Shown: positions 8,516 to 17,904 of the stretch, in pieces
Layout: the number at the start of each line of letters is the position of its first letter
Numbering within the stretch: the first letter of the stretch is position 1
From: a virus
Lineage: Duplodnaviria > Caudoviricetes
Strand: one strand, 5' to 3'
DNA length: 41,172 bases
IMG/VR virus record: IMGVR_UViG_3300044983_000399
Span: 1-41,172 of that record
Position numbers and translations under genes: made by a program
The notes under the pieces: model-generated
Told to the model about the DNA's origin: nothing
The model's input: only the letters and a program-made list of their open reading frames with translations
Database searches by the model: none

Positions 8516-8794
8516 CTGTCCTACTGTCCCGCCTTGTCCGACTGCCATATAGCGCAGTTGGACAGCCGCAGGCCGCGCTGTTGTTGGCTTGTCCTACCGT
8601 CCAACCTTCACCCGCCCCACGCACACATGAGCATAGCGGGCACGTAGTCGCGCCCATGGCGCGCACGCGTGCTTTTAGCTTTCTTTCTATACACAAGAGA
8701 AAAGTAAAAAAGGTAGGACAGTAGGGCACAGCCTCGAACTCAGGCGCTTGTAGCTGTCCTACTTCGATTCAGAATAGTGGGACAGGTAAGACAG
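8516..8794. repeat. Iteron-like TGTCCNAC repeats in both orientations; putative replication origin
   Basis: About 9 copies (8516, 8525, 8535, 8557rc, 8590, 8598, 8713rc, 8754, 8776rc) around an A-rich tract at 8690-8712. Confidence 0.6.
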
Positions 8795-8823
8795 GGGAGC
8801 AGAAGCGATAGCCGATTGAATGC

Positions 8824-8878
8824 GTTGTCCCTGCGTTACACCTGCGTCATACCTGCATTGCACCCGTATTGCGCCATG
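8824..8878 (+). repeat. Five tandem 11-bp repeats upstream of the late operon
   Basis: GTTGTCCCTGC GTTACACCTGC GTCATACCTGC ATTGCACCCGT ATTGCGCCATG. Confidence 0.7.
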
Positions 8879-8974
8879 GCATTAAATCCTCCTTGCTGCC
8901 ACCGGAATCCACCTGTAAAAAGTACCCATCTTCGATAGGTGCGACCGCAAGCAGCGGGACACACCACCACACTG

Positions 8975-8999
8975 AACCCGGCCATTGCGCCGGGTTTTT
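8975..8999 (+). terminator. tR'-like terminator before the holin
   Basis: AACCCGGC-CATTGC-GCCGGGTT followed by TTT. Confidence 0.75.
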
Positions 9000-9018
9000 G
9001 CGTTTATGGGGTAGGGCG

Positions 9019-9363
9019 ATGACGAACGAGCAGCAAGCGCTTATTGATATGCCGATCTGGATGGTGATCGTGCTGTCCCTGGTCGGCGGGATTTCCGGCG
9101 AGGCATGGCGAGCAGACAAAGCAGGGGTAAGCGGCTGGTCCTTGATTCGCCGTTTGCTCCTTCGGTCCGGTGCCTGCGTGGTCTGCGGGCTTTCCACCAT
9201 GATGTTGCTGCACGCGTCAGGCATGTCTGTCTTGGCGGCGGGGAGTATCGGCTGCCTCACCGCGATGGCCGGTGCTGATGTTGCCATTGGCCTGTACGAA
9301 CGCTGGGCCGCCAAGCGGTTAGGCGTATGCGATGTGCCACCCTCGGGTGGTGGTCAAGCCTGA
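9019..9363 (+). CDS. Phage holin
   Basis: 114 aa with about three TM segments; first late gene; start reassigned to MTNEQQ. Confidence 0.8.
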   Translation: MTNEQQALIDMPIWMVIVLSLVGGISGEAWRADKAGVSGWSLIRRLLLRSGACVVCGLSTMMLLHASGMSVLAAGSIGCLTAMAGADVAIGLYERWAAKRLGVCDVPPSGGGQA

Positions 9364-9419
9364 TGTGCTGGAGGCCACGTATTACGTGGCCTGTAGTGCC
9401 ATGCTTCAAAATGGTGCGC

Positions 9420-9560
9420 TGAAAGGTCGCCGGGGACCCTGGCGGCATCCGAGGGACACGGGGCATGAAACCCGCGGGAAAGCGTTAGCGGGTGGGCTGC
9501 CAGCTTACTGAAATTCAATCCATTGAAATTGAAAGGTTTCCATTGAAAAGCCGTTGAAAA
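9420..9560. other. Putative cos/packaging region
   Basis: GC-rich block followed by TTGAAA repeats directly upstream of the terminase small subunit, matching the lambda-like layout. Confidence 0.45.
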
Positions 9561-9569
9561 GGAGGGCTT

Positions 9570-10172
9570 ATGACGGATTCACTCTTTCTGTCTAAAAGCG
9601 CATTCGCGGCTCGCATCGGCAGGACGCCGAGCTACATCACTTGGCTCAAAGGCAACAACCGCCTGGTGCTGTCGCCTGACGGCAAGATGGTGGACGTGCT
9701 GGCAACCGAAGCGCTAATCCTCGACACTGCCGACCCCAGCAAGGCCGCCGTCGCTGCTCGACACCAGCAGGACCGGATCCAGCGGGACGTTTACAGCCAA
9801 CTGTCCCCCCAGGTCGAGCCGACTAACACGGCTGCGCCGCAGCTGCCTATTGCTGTCGGCGCCAAGGGCCACGACTTCCAGAAGGCTCGCGCAATGCGCG
9901 AACACAACCTGGCGCAGCTGGCCGAGATCGAGCTGCACAAGGCGCAGGGCTCCCTGGTCGCCAGGGATGCCGTCGAGCTGGGCGCCTACAACGCCGGGCG
10001 CCATCTGCGTGACCAACTGTTCGGTCTGTTGCCCCAGCTGTCCCACAAGTTGGCAGTGATGACCGACCCTTGGGATATCGAGAAACACCTGACGGCGACA
10101 CTCCGTAAATCACTGGAAGAGGCTGAGCGCATGTCCTCCTCCGACCTTGAACGAGCAATGACGACGAGCTGA
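9570..10172 (+). CDS. Terminase small subunit
   Basis: N-terminal wHTH (SKSAFAARIG), coiled coil then G-LV motif of Nu1-like proteins; precedes gpA. Confidence 0.85.
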   Translation: MTDSLFLSKSAFAARIGRTPSYITWLKGNNRLVLSPDGKMVDVLATEALILDTADPSKAAVAARHQQDRIQRDVYSQLSPQVEPTNTAAPQLPIAVGAKGHDFQKARAMREHNLAQLAEIELHKAQGSLVARDAVELGAYNAGRHLRDQLFGLLPQLSHKLAVMTDPWDIEKHLTATLRKSLEEAERMSSSDLERAMTTS

Positions 10173-10175
10173 CTT

Positions 10176-12200
10176 ATGACCACGGAATTTCCTGACGGTG
10201 ACCGTGCGTACCGTGAGGCGTATTTCCGTGGGCTGCGCCCTGATCCAGATCTCTGGATCGACGAGTGGGCCGATGAATACATGCGTATCCCGCGCGACAC
10301 GGGCGCGCCTGAGCCCGGCCAGTATCGGACCGAACGTACGCCCTACGCTCGCGAGCCCATGCGCTGCCTGTCGCCGGCACACCCGTGCCGGCGGGTGGTC
10401 ACCATGGTAGCTTCGCAGCTGATGAAAACGCAGATCGCCCTGAACTGGATGGGCGGCCTGATTCACATGGCACCGTCCAATATCCTGGCGCTGTTGCCCA
10501 GTTTGAGCCTGTCAAAGCGGGTCTCCGGGCGGATCAGCAAGACCATCAAGGCCACGCCGGAGTTGGCTAAGCGCGTAGCGGCCAGCCGCTCGCGGGATGC
10601 GCGCAATACCATGGACACCAAGGAATTCGAGGGCGGCGCCTTGTACGTCACCACGGCGGGCTCTGCTGCCAACTTGTCCGAACTGTCGGCGCGCTACATC
10701 TACGGCGACGAGGTCGACCGTTGGGAAAACGATGTCGGCCAGGAAGGTGACCCCATCGTTCTGGCGGAAACGCGGGCGACCAACTTCGGCCGCAACGCCA
10801 AGATCTACTTCTCCAGCTCGCCGACGATCAAGGGCGCCTCGCGGATCTCGGACCTGTTCGAGTCCAGCGACCAGCGTTACTACTACGTGCCATGTCCCAC
10901 CTGCGGGCATATGCAGGTGCTGGAGTGGGAGCGGCTGCTCTACAGCAAGGACTACAGCACGGTTCACTACCAGTGTGCCGCGTCTGAATGTGACGTCCTG
11001 ATCGAGGAGCATCACAAAACCGACATGCTCGCCCGTGGCGAGTGGCGTGCCCATGGCAGCGGCGACGGCAAGACCGTTGGCTTCCACCTCAACGCGCTGT
11101 ACTCGCCGATTGGTTGGAAGGACTGGGCCTCGCTTGCCGAGGAGTTCGAAGACGCCAAGAAGGCCCAGGCCAAGGGCGATATGGGCCTGATGCAGGTGTT
11201 CTACAACACACGTCTCGCCAAGGTTTGGGACAGCGCGCAAGAGCAGACAAAGGCCGAAGTGCTGATCGCTCGGGCACGGCTGGAGACTTACACCCTCGGC
11301 AGCATGCCGGTGGGCGTGCTGATGCTGACCGGCGCCGTCGACGTCCAGGCCAATCGCCTGGAGTTGATGGTGATGGGCTTCGGCGTAGGCATGGAACGTT
11401 GGGTGGTCGACCACCAGGTGATCTGGGGTGACCCAGCTGATGAACGCACCTGGGCGGTGTTGGACGAAAAACTCAAGGTTCGGTACCGGCATCCTTGCGG
11501 TGTCGGTTTGGCGATTCTGGCGACGGGCGTCGACTCCGGCGGTCACCACACCGACGAGGTGTACCAGTTCTGCCGTGTGCGGCGCTGGCGCAACATCTTT
11601 GCCATCAAGGGCGCGAGCAAGCCTGGCAAGCCGGTGATTGCTCAGCGGCCGTCCATGGTCGACGTGACCTGGAAGGGCCAGACCGAACGCGGCGGCGCCG
11701 AGCTGTGGTTCGTCGGTACCGACACCGCGAAGGATTGGATCTACAACCGCTACGCCTTCGAGCACGGCCCAGGCTCGCTGCACTTTGCCAACGACCTGCC
11801 GGACGACTTCTTCGCTCAGTGCGTGGCCGAGCGCAAGGTCGCCCGATACGTCAAAGGCTACAAGCGTATCGAGTGGGTCAAGGGCAAGGCCGAGCGCAAC
11901 GAAGCGCTCGACCTAATGGTGTATTGCCTGGCAATGGCGCATTACCTGGGCATCAACCGCTACCAGGAACACGACTGGGAGCGGGTACGTCAGGCGCTGG
12001 CGCAGTCCGGTTTGTTCGACGATGTATTGGGCGTCAAGCCCGTACAAGGCGAGCGTGTCGACGAAGACGAAACACCGGCACCGGTTGCAGCGCGTCAATC
12101 GCTACCAGCACCGCCACCTGCTGCCCCGGCCGCCCAGCAGCGACCCGCTGCACCCCCACAACGCCGCAGCTCCACCAGCGGCTACCTGAAGAGACGCTGA
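10176..12200 (+). CDS. Terminase large subunit, lambda GpA family
   Basis: SQLMKT, DEVD, SSPT, CPTC, VDVQ, DSGG and NEALD motifs. Confidence 0.96.
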   Translation: MTTEFPDGDRAYREAYFRGLRPDPDLWIDEWADEYMRIPRDTGAPEPGQYRTERTPYAREPMRCLSPAHPCRRVVTMVASQLMKTQIALNWMGGLIHMAPSNILALLPSLSLSKRVSGRISKTIKATPELAKRVAASRSRDARNTMDTKEFEGGALYVTTAGSAANLSELSARYIYGDEVDRWENDVGQEGDPIVLAETRATNFGRNAKIYFSSSPTIKGASRISDLFESSDQRYYYVPCPTCGHMQVLEWERLLYSKDYSTVHYQCAASECDVLIEEHHKTDMLARGEWRAHGSGDGKTVGFHLNALYSPIGWKDWASLAEEFEDAKKAQAKGDMGLMQVFYNTRLAKVWDSAQEQTKAEVLIARARLETYTLGSMPVGVLMLTGAVDVQANRLELMVMGFGVGMERWVVDHQVIWGDPADERTWAVLDEKLKVRYRHPCGVGLAILATGVDSGGHHTDEVYQFCRVRRWRNIFAIKGASKPGKPVIAQRPSMVDVTWKGQTERGGAELWFVGTDTAKDWIYNRYAFEHGPGSLHFANDLPDDFFAQCVAERKVARYVKGYKRIEWVKGKAERNEALDLMVYCLAMAHYLGINRYQEHDWERVRQALAQSGLFDDVLGVKPVQGERVDEDETPAPVAARQSLPAPPPAAPAAQQRPAAPPQRRSSTSGYLKRR

Positions 12201-12201
12201 T

Positions 12202-12408
12202 ATGTCGTTTACCCCGAAGCACCTCGACGCCATCGAGCGCGCCATTGCACGCGGTGAAAAGACCGTGCGCTACAGCGACCGTACGGTGGAATACCGCTCC
12301 ATCGACGAACTGCTCAAGGCCCGCGACGAGATTCGCACGTCGCTGAGCCAGGCCGCCGGGCCGCGATCTCGCGTAGTTCGGCTTTACCACGGAGGCAAGG
12401 GAATCTAA
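12202..12408 (+). CDS. Head-tail joining protein (gpW-like)
   Basis: AIARGEKTVRYSDRTVEYRSIDEL; between terminase and portal. Confidence 0.85.
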   Translation: MSFTPKHLDAIERAIARGEKTVRYSDRTVEYRSIDELLKARDEIRTSLSQAAGPRSRVVRLYHGGKGI

Positions 12409-13889
12409 TGGCTCGACATTTTCCGACGCTGACCCGTAATGGATTCTTGCTGCCGTCGAACATCAAGGCCAGTTACGAAGGCGCCGGTGAAGGACGACGT
12501 TCGGCCAGTTGGGAAGCCACCGATAACGGCATCAACAGCATCAACACCCCGGCCCTGCGCAATCTGCGCGCCCGTTCGCGAGCGGCGGTACGCAATGATC
12601 CCTATGCGTTCAACGTCATCGACAAGCGCGTCAGCAATCTGATCGGCACCGGTATCACGCCCAGGCCGACCACGGAAGACGCAGATCTGCGCAAACTTCA
12701 GCAGCAGCTGTGGGATGACTGGGTGGACGAGGCGGATGCCGATGAGCTGACCGATTTTTACGGCATGCAAGCCTTGGTGGCGCGCACCGTGGAAACGGCC
12801 GGCGAGTGCTTTGTGCGCTTGCGACCGCGCAGCCCCAGTGAAGGTTTGGCGGTGCCGCTGCAACTGCAGGCGCTGGCCCCTGAATTTGTCCCGCACGATA
12901 AGTTCGAGACGGCCAAAAACGGCAACGTGATCCGCGCCGGGATCGAGTTCAACCCGGCCGGTAAGCGTGTGGCGTACTGGATGTATCTTTCCCATCCGCG
13001 CGACTCTTCGTCGCTGAACGCAGGTTACAACCAGTTGGTACGTGTGCCGGCTACGCAGGTGTTGCACATCTTCGAACCGATGGAACCGGGGCAATTGCGC
13101 GGTGTGCCACGTCTGGCCCCGGTGTTGAAGCGGCTGCGCAGCCTCGACAATTACGACGACGCAGTGCTGTTTCGGCAGGAGGTGGCGAATCTGTTCGCCG
13201 GCTTCATCAAGCGGCCGGCCCCGGACAGTGGGCAGCAGCCACGCGACCCTGTCACGGGGCAATTACTGACCACCGACCGCGACGGCTTCACGCCAATGGT
13301 CGCCCTGGAGCCCGGCACCATGCAGGAGCTGGGGCCAGGTGAAGAAGTGGAGTTCTCCAAGCCACCGGACGCCGGCAATAACTACCCGGACTTCATGCGG
13401 CAGCAGCTGATGGCTGCGGCGGCGGGGTCGGGCACGCCTTACGAGATCCTCACCGGTGACATGCGCGAGGTCAACGACCGGGCGCTGCGGGTGGTGCTCA
13501 ACGAGTTCCGGCGCCGCCTGGAGCAGCTGCAATTCGGCGTGTATGTGCATCAACTGTGTCGTCCAGTGCGTGCTGCCTGGATGGATATGGCGGTGCTGTC
13601 CGGCGCGCTGGTGCAGGAGGACTACGCGCAACGTCGGCGGGAATATCTGCGTACGCGTTGGGTGCCGCAAGGCTGGGCCTATATCCAGCCGGTGCAGGAC
13701 GTGCAGGCGCGGCGGATGGAAGTGCAGGCGGGCTTTGGTTCGCGCAGCGAGATGTGCCTGCGCAACGGCTACGACGCGGAAACCATTGACGCGGAAAACG
13801 CTGCCGACCTCGCCCGGTCCACGGAACTCGGCCTCAACTACACCACGCTTGATGCCATCGAGCCGAATGACGACAAGGAACAAACATGA
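12408..13889 (+). CDS. Portal protein, lambda family
   Basis: RARSR-RND, GQLRGVP, YEILTGD, W-YIQP motifs. Confidence 0.95.
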   Translation: MARHFPTLTRNGFLLPSNIKASYEGAGEGRRSASWEATDNGINSINTPALRNLRARSRAAVRNDPYAFNVIDKRVSNLIGTGITPRPTTEDADLRKLQQQLWDDWVDEADADELTDFYGMQALVARTVETAGECFVRLRPRSPSEGLAVPLQLQALAPEFVPHDKFETAKNGNVIRAGIEFNPAGKRVAYWMYLSHPRDSSSLNAGYNQLVRVPATQVLHIFEPMEPGQLRGVPRLAPVLKRLRSLDNYDDAVLFRQEVANLFAGFIKRPAPDSGQQPRDPVTGQLLTTDRDGFTPMVALEPGTMQELGPGEEVEFSKPPDAGNNYPDFMRQQLMAAAAGSGTPYEILTGDMREVNDRALRVVLNEFRRRLEQLQFGVYVHQLCRPVRAAWMDMAVLSGALVQEDYAQRRREYLRTRWVPQGWAYIQPVQDVQARRMEVQAGFGSRSEMCLRNGYDAETIDAENAADLARSTELGLNYTTLDAIEPNDDKEQT

Positions 13890-15016
13890 GTAAAAAAGCC
13901 AAGCCCCGCGTCTTTGACAAGGCGGGCAAGCAGGTCAAGGTCGCCGACAAAAGCTGGTACACCCTCCAGGCCAGCGGCGAAGCCGAGCAACGCAGCATCG
14001 AAATCTTCGTGTACGGCGAGATCGGCGCCTGGGGAGTCACCGCCAATCAGTTCGTGCAGGATCTGCGGGCCATGGATGACGGCGCGTCACCGGTGATTGT
14101 TGCCTTTAACAGCATCGGCGGGGACTTGTTCGACGGCCTGGCGATTCACAACGCGCTGTCGCGATTGGGTGATCGCTGCACCGGTCGCATTGACGCCCTG
14201 GCGGCGAGTGCAGCCAGTGTTGCGGTGTGTGGCGCTCACCGAGTGGTGATCGCGGCCAATGCCATGTTGATGATCCACAACCCCTACACCTTTACCGGTG
14301 GTGATGCCGAAGACTTCCGCCGTGTCGCGGATGTGCTGGACCAGACCCTGGAAGCGATCATCGCGGCCTACAAGGCCAAGGCGCCGGACATCGACGAAGC
14401 CGAGCTGCGGCGCATGGTCAATGCTGAAACCTGGCTCACGGCCAACGAAGCGGTGGCACTGGGCCTGGCCGATGAAGTGGGCGACGGTTTGAAGGTCAGC
14501 GCCTGTCTCGGTCAGGGCAGTGTGCTGCAGCGTTTCCAGCATGCCCCGGCCGAACTGCTCGCTCAGCTGGACGAAGAGCCGGAAGTCGACCTGCCGGAAC
14601 CAGATCCAACGCCCGTACTGGATGCGGCCAGGTTGGCGCTGATGGTCACACAGGGGTGTGCAGCGGCGGGCATCAGCAACCTGGTGGACCCGATTCTCTC
14701 TGCGACGAAGCTGGAAAGCGAAGCCGTGGTCCAGGCAGCGCTGACCAAGGCCAAGGCGCTGCACGGCCTCTGTGTCGCGGCACGCTTGCCCGAACTGGCC
14801 GGCGAATTCATCACGGCCGGCCTGGACGAAGCCGCCGTCAGGGCGCGGTTGTTCGACAAACTGGTGAGCAGCGGCGGCGGTTTTGAAATCAACAACAGCC
14901 TGCCGCTGGACGATGACCCAGCCGCAACGATCAAGGCCAAACAGGTCGACACCCACTCAATCTGGGCCAGCCGTCAGGCGGCACAGAACGGAACCTCGAA
15001 AGGAGCAAGAGCATGA
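13886..15016 (+). CDS. ClpP-type head maturation protease with scaffold region
   Basis: NSIGGD, AASAAS, MIHNP, ETWLTA-EA motifs. Confidence 0.93.
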   Translation: MSKKAKPRVFDKAGKQVKVADKSWYTLQASGEAEQRSIEIFVYGEIGAWGVTANQFVQDLRAMDDGASPVIVAFNSIGGDLFDGLAIHNALSRLGDRCTGRIDALAASAASVAVCGAHRVVIAANAMLMIHNPYTFTGGDAEDFRRVADVLDQTLEAIIAAYKAKAPDIDEAELRRMVNAETWLTANEAVALGLADEVGDGLKVSACLGQGSVLQRFQHAPAELLAQLDEEPEVDLPEPDPTPVLDAARLALMVTQGCAAAGISNLVDPILSATKLESEAVVQAALTKAKALHGLCVAARLPELAGEFITAGLDEAAVRARLFDKLVSSGGGFEINNSLPLDDDPAATIKAKQVDTHSIWASRQAAQNGTSKGARA

Positions 15017-15351
15017 AAATCGAATCGATGCACGCGGGCGAGTTCCTGCTGTCCGAAGGCGCTGGCAACATTTCCCGCGAAGCGATCAACGTCGCCGCTG
15101 GTGCCGCCTTGGAGCCTGGTCAGATTCTTGGCCTGGTCACACTCACCGGCGAGTTCGCCCCGTATAACCCGACCGCCGAAGACGGCACCGAAAACGCCAT
15201 CGCGGTCCTCTACGGGCCGCTGGGCGAGTCGGATGTACCACGTCGCGGTCGCGCGGTCGTGCGGCTGGCAGAGGTCAGCGAAGCGCATTTGACCGGCCTC
15301 GATCCCGCCGCTGAAAAGGCCCTGGCTATCCATTTCGTGATCGTCCGCTAA
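15013..15351 (+). CDS. Head decoration protein
   Basis: EFLLSE-G-ISRE; Y-P-A-DG; precedes the capsid gene. Confidence 0.85.
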   Translation: MKIESMHAGEFLLSEGAGNISREAINVAAGAALEPGQILGLVTLTGEFAPYNPTAEDGTENAIAVLYGPLGESDVPRRGRAVVRLAEVSEAHLTGLDPAAEKALAIHFVIVR

Positions 15352-15372
15352 GACGTTCACCCTCTTTTATCC

Positions 15373-15395
15373 ATCCCGCCGCGTGCGGGATTTTT
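15373..15395 (+). terminator. Hairpin plus U-tract before the capsid gene
   Basis: ATCCCGC-CGCGT-GCGGGAT-TTTT. Confidence 0.6.
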
Positions 15396-15414
15396 CGTTT
15401 CTGGAGAGTACCCC

Positions 15415-16410
15415 ATGGCCGATATCGCCATTTTTGAAGACGATGCATTCAGCGTCTCCTCGCTGACCGCTGCAATCAATGATCAGGAATACCTGCCGGG
15501 CCGCATCAGTAGCTTGGGCCTGTTCCGCGAAGAGGGCATCAGCACGTTGACTGTGCAGATCGAGAAGGACGGCGACACTCTGGCCCTGGTGCCAGCCGGT
15601 GAACGTGGCACCTCGGGCCTGGTGGTCGGCGGGACCAAGCGTCAGATGATTCCCTTCAACACTGTGCACCTGCCCGAGCGCTTCACCATCAAGGCTGATG
15701 AGATCCAGGGTATCCGAGCTTTTGGCACGCGCACCGAGCTGCAGTCCGTGCAGGATGTCGTCAACAAGCGCTTGGCGAAGGCGCGCCGCCAGTTGGATGC
15801 CACCCACGAATTCCAACGCATGGGCGCGTTGAATGGACAGGTGCTGGACGCCGATGGCAAGACAGTCCTGCTGGATATCTACAAGACGTTCGGCGTGGTT
15901 CGCAAGAAACTGACTATGGGCTTGGGCAACCCGGACACCGAGCTGCGTGTCCGTTCCGGTGAAGCGCTCGATATGCAAGAGGAAGCCCTGGGCAGCATCA
16001 CCAGCACCGGCTCCCGAGCCTTCTGCGGCAAGAACTTCTGGAACAAGCTGATCGTCCACAAGTCGGTGAAAGAGACCTACCTCAACACCATGCAGGCCGC
16101 GTCCCTGCGTGGCGATGCCCGTGAAAGCTTCGAGTTCGGCGGGATCGTCTGGGAGCGCTATCGCGGCAGGGTGGCGGGTGTTTCGTTCGTCCACGACGAC
16201 AAGGCCCTGCTGATCCCTGAGGGCGTCCCGGATCTGTACATCTCGTCTTTCGCACCGGCCGACTATATGGAAACGGTCAACACTCAGGGCATCCCGTACT
16301 ACAGCAAGATCGAGCCGCTGCCGTTCAACAAAGGCGTGGCCGGTGAAGCCCAGTCCAACCCGTTGCACCTGTGCACGCGACCGCTGGCGCAGATCCTGCT
16401 GGAACTCTAA
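15415..16410 (+). CDS. Major capsid protein (lambda gpE family)
   Basis: FSVSSLTAAIN, THEFQRMGAL-G, QSNPLHLCTRP motifs. Confidence 0.93.
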   Translation: MADIAIFEDDAFSVSSLTAAINDQEYLPGRISSLGLFREEGISTLTVQIEKDGDTLALVPAGERGTSGLVVGGTKRQMIPFNTVHLPERFTIKADEIQGIRAFGTRTELQSVQDVVNKRLAKARRQLDATHEFQRMGALNGQVLDADGKTVLLDIYKTFGVVRKKLTMGLGNPDTELRVRSGEALDMQEEALGSITSTGSRAFCGKNFWNKLIVHKSVKETYLNTMQAASLRGDARESFEFGGIVWERYRGRVAGVSFVHDDKALLIPEGVPDLYISSFAPADYMETVNTQGIPYYSKIEPLPFNKGVAGEAQSNPLHLCTRPLAQILLEL

Positions 16411-16412
16411 CC

Positions 16413-16733
16413 GTGAGCTTTCGCGATCTGATCGACGACATCGACGCGGTGGTGTTCGAAACACTGGGCGATACCGCACGGATCGAGGGTCGTGACGAAC
16501 CAGTGCTCGGCATGTTCGCGGCGCCCTGGTTGCAGCCTAAGCTCGGCAAGCTGAACACTGGCTTGCGCGAGCCTCGGTTTGAAATTCGCGTCAGCGATTC
16601 GGAAGGCTTGAAACGCGGGCTATTGGTCAGCATCGACTTGCCTGCTTTGGATGGCGGCGGCGATTACGACCTGCTGCAGCTGGAGCCGAGTGGCGACGGT
16701 CTGGTCGCCTTGATCCTGAGGTTACGCCCATGA
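16413..16733 (+). CDS. Head-tail joining protein
   Basis: GTG start after the capsid gene; synteny. Confidence 0.7.
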   Translation: MSFRDLIDDIDAVVFETLGDTARIEGRDEPVLGMFAAPWLQPKLGKLNTGLREPRFEIRVSDSEGLKRGLLVSIDLPALDGGGDYDLLQLEPSGDGLVALILRLRP

Positions 16734-17389
16734 GCATCGGTAGCTACTACAAGCCCTCGGCTGGCGGCGGCATGATCTCCATCCAGTCGTCAGCCGCAGA
16801 CCTGCAGGCGTTTCAGGACTTTGCCAAGCTGGTGCCCAAGGCAGCAGCGACTGCCCATCGTCGAGCCATCAACAAGACACTGGGGTGGTTGCGCACGCAC
16901 ATCGCCCGTGCGGTTAGTCGTCAAGAGCGCATAGCTGTCGCGGCCGTGCGTCAACGGTTGCGCAGTTACCCGGTGTCTGGCGGGGCTGCGAGCGGCAAGC
17001 TGTGGTTCGGTTTGAACGCTATCGAGTCCAGCCGGATCGGCCGCGCACGGCAGACAGGCAGCGGTGTGTCGGTGGCGGGGCGGCGGTATCAGGGCGCGTT
17101 TCTCAAGAAGGTTTACGGAAACCAGCCGGACATTTGGATCCGTACCGCGAGCAAGCACTTCAATGCTGACGATTACCCTGACAGCACGGTGTCGCCAGGG
17201 CGCGGGTCGAGTTCGGGATGGGTGGCGGAAAACGGCAGTCGCTTTCCGCTGGCAAAGGCGAAGGTCTCCCTGGAGCAAGCCCGTCCCCACTTTGAAAGCT
17301 GGGTACAAAAGGCTGATGAACGCTTGCTGGAGATCCTGAAACAGGAACTCAACTTTGAGTTGCAGAAATACCTCAAGAGGATCGGGTAA
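16730..17389 (+). CDS. Neck/minor tail protein (gpZ-like)
   Basis: RRAINKT...basic protein; synteny. Confidence 0.7.
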   Translation: MSIGSYYKPSAGGGMISIQSSAADLQAFQDFAKLVPKAAATAHRRAINKTLGWLRTHIARAVSRQERIAVAAVRQRLRSYPVSGGAASGKLWFGLNAIESSRIGRARQTGSGVSVAGRRYQGAFLKKVYGNQPDIWIRTASKHFNADDYPDSTVSPGRGSSSGWVAENGSRFPLAKAKVSLEQARPHFESWVQKADERLLEILKQELNFELQKYLKRIG

Positions 17390-17904
17390 TGGCGGACGAA
17401 CCTTTTACCCTCGACCAGCTTTACCGGGCGGTCGAGCAACACCTGTTGATCCATCTGCCAGGGGTTCAGACAGTGAGTGCCTGGCCGAACATCCAGGATC
17501 GCATTGCGTTACCTGCAGTGTTTCTGGAGCTGGCCGAGATCGAGCCCGGTACCGATATCGGCACCGGCGAAACCGCGTTGGTGTGTAAGTTCGAGGCGCG
17601 GATCATCGTTGACCCCATCGATCCCTTGCATCAGCAGCAGGCGGTGCAGTTGGTTACCCAACTCGCTGTTCTACTGCGGGCACAGACCTGGGGGCTGGAG
17701 GCCGAGCCAGCAGAGTTCGTTCAGGCGTTGCAGGATTGGACCCAGCCTGCTTTGGATGGCTACACGGTGTGGCTGGTGGAGTGGACGCAGCAAGTGTATG
17801 TCGGTCCCGAGGAATGGCCTTGGCCTGACCAGCCGCCGGGCATGCTGTTGTTTGGCTTCAACAACGATGTCAAAGAGGACTTTGTGCCGGCGGAGGAGAT
17901 GTGA
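17389..17904 (+). CDS. Tail terminator-like protein
   Basis: Acidic; PAVFLE...W-VEW-Q; synteny. Confidence 0.65.
   Translation: MADEPFTLDQLYRAVEQHLLIHLPGVQTVSAWPNIQDRIALPAVFLELAEIEPGTDIGTGETALVCKFEARIIVDPIDPLHQQQAVQLVTQLAVLLRAQTWGLEAEPAEFVQALQDWTQPALDGYTVWLVEWTQQVYVGPEEWPWPDQPPGMLLFGFNNDVKEDFVPAEEM

Noticed and set aside
8488-8724. 78-aa ORF coupled to the Q-like gene
   Set aside because: Runs through the TGTCC repeat array and translates to low-information sequence; more likely non-coding
8516-8878. Repeats as a CRISPR array
   Set aside because: Units are 8-11 bp with no unique spacers, and no cas genes are present
6364-16479. Long antisense ORFs (e.g. 6364-7746, 10512-11783, 12405-13262, 15367-16479)
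   Set aside because: Shadows of GC-rich, codon-biased phage genes on the opposite strand; no recognisable motifs
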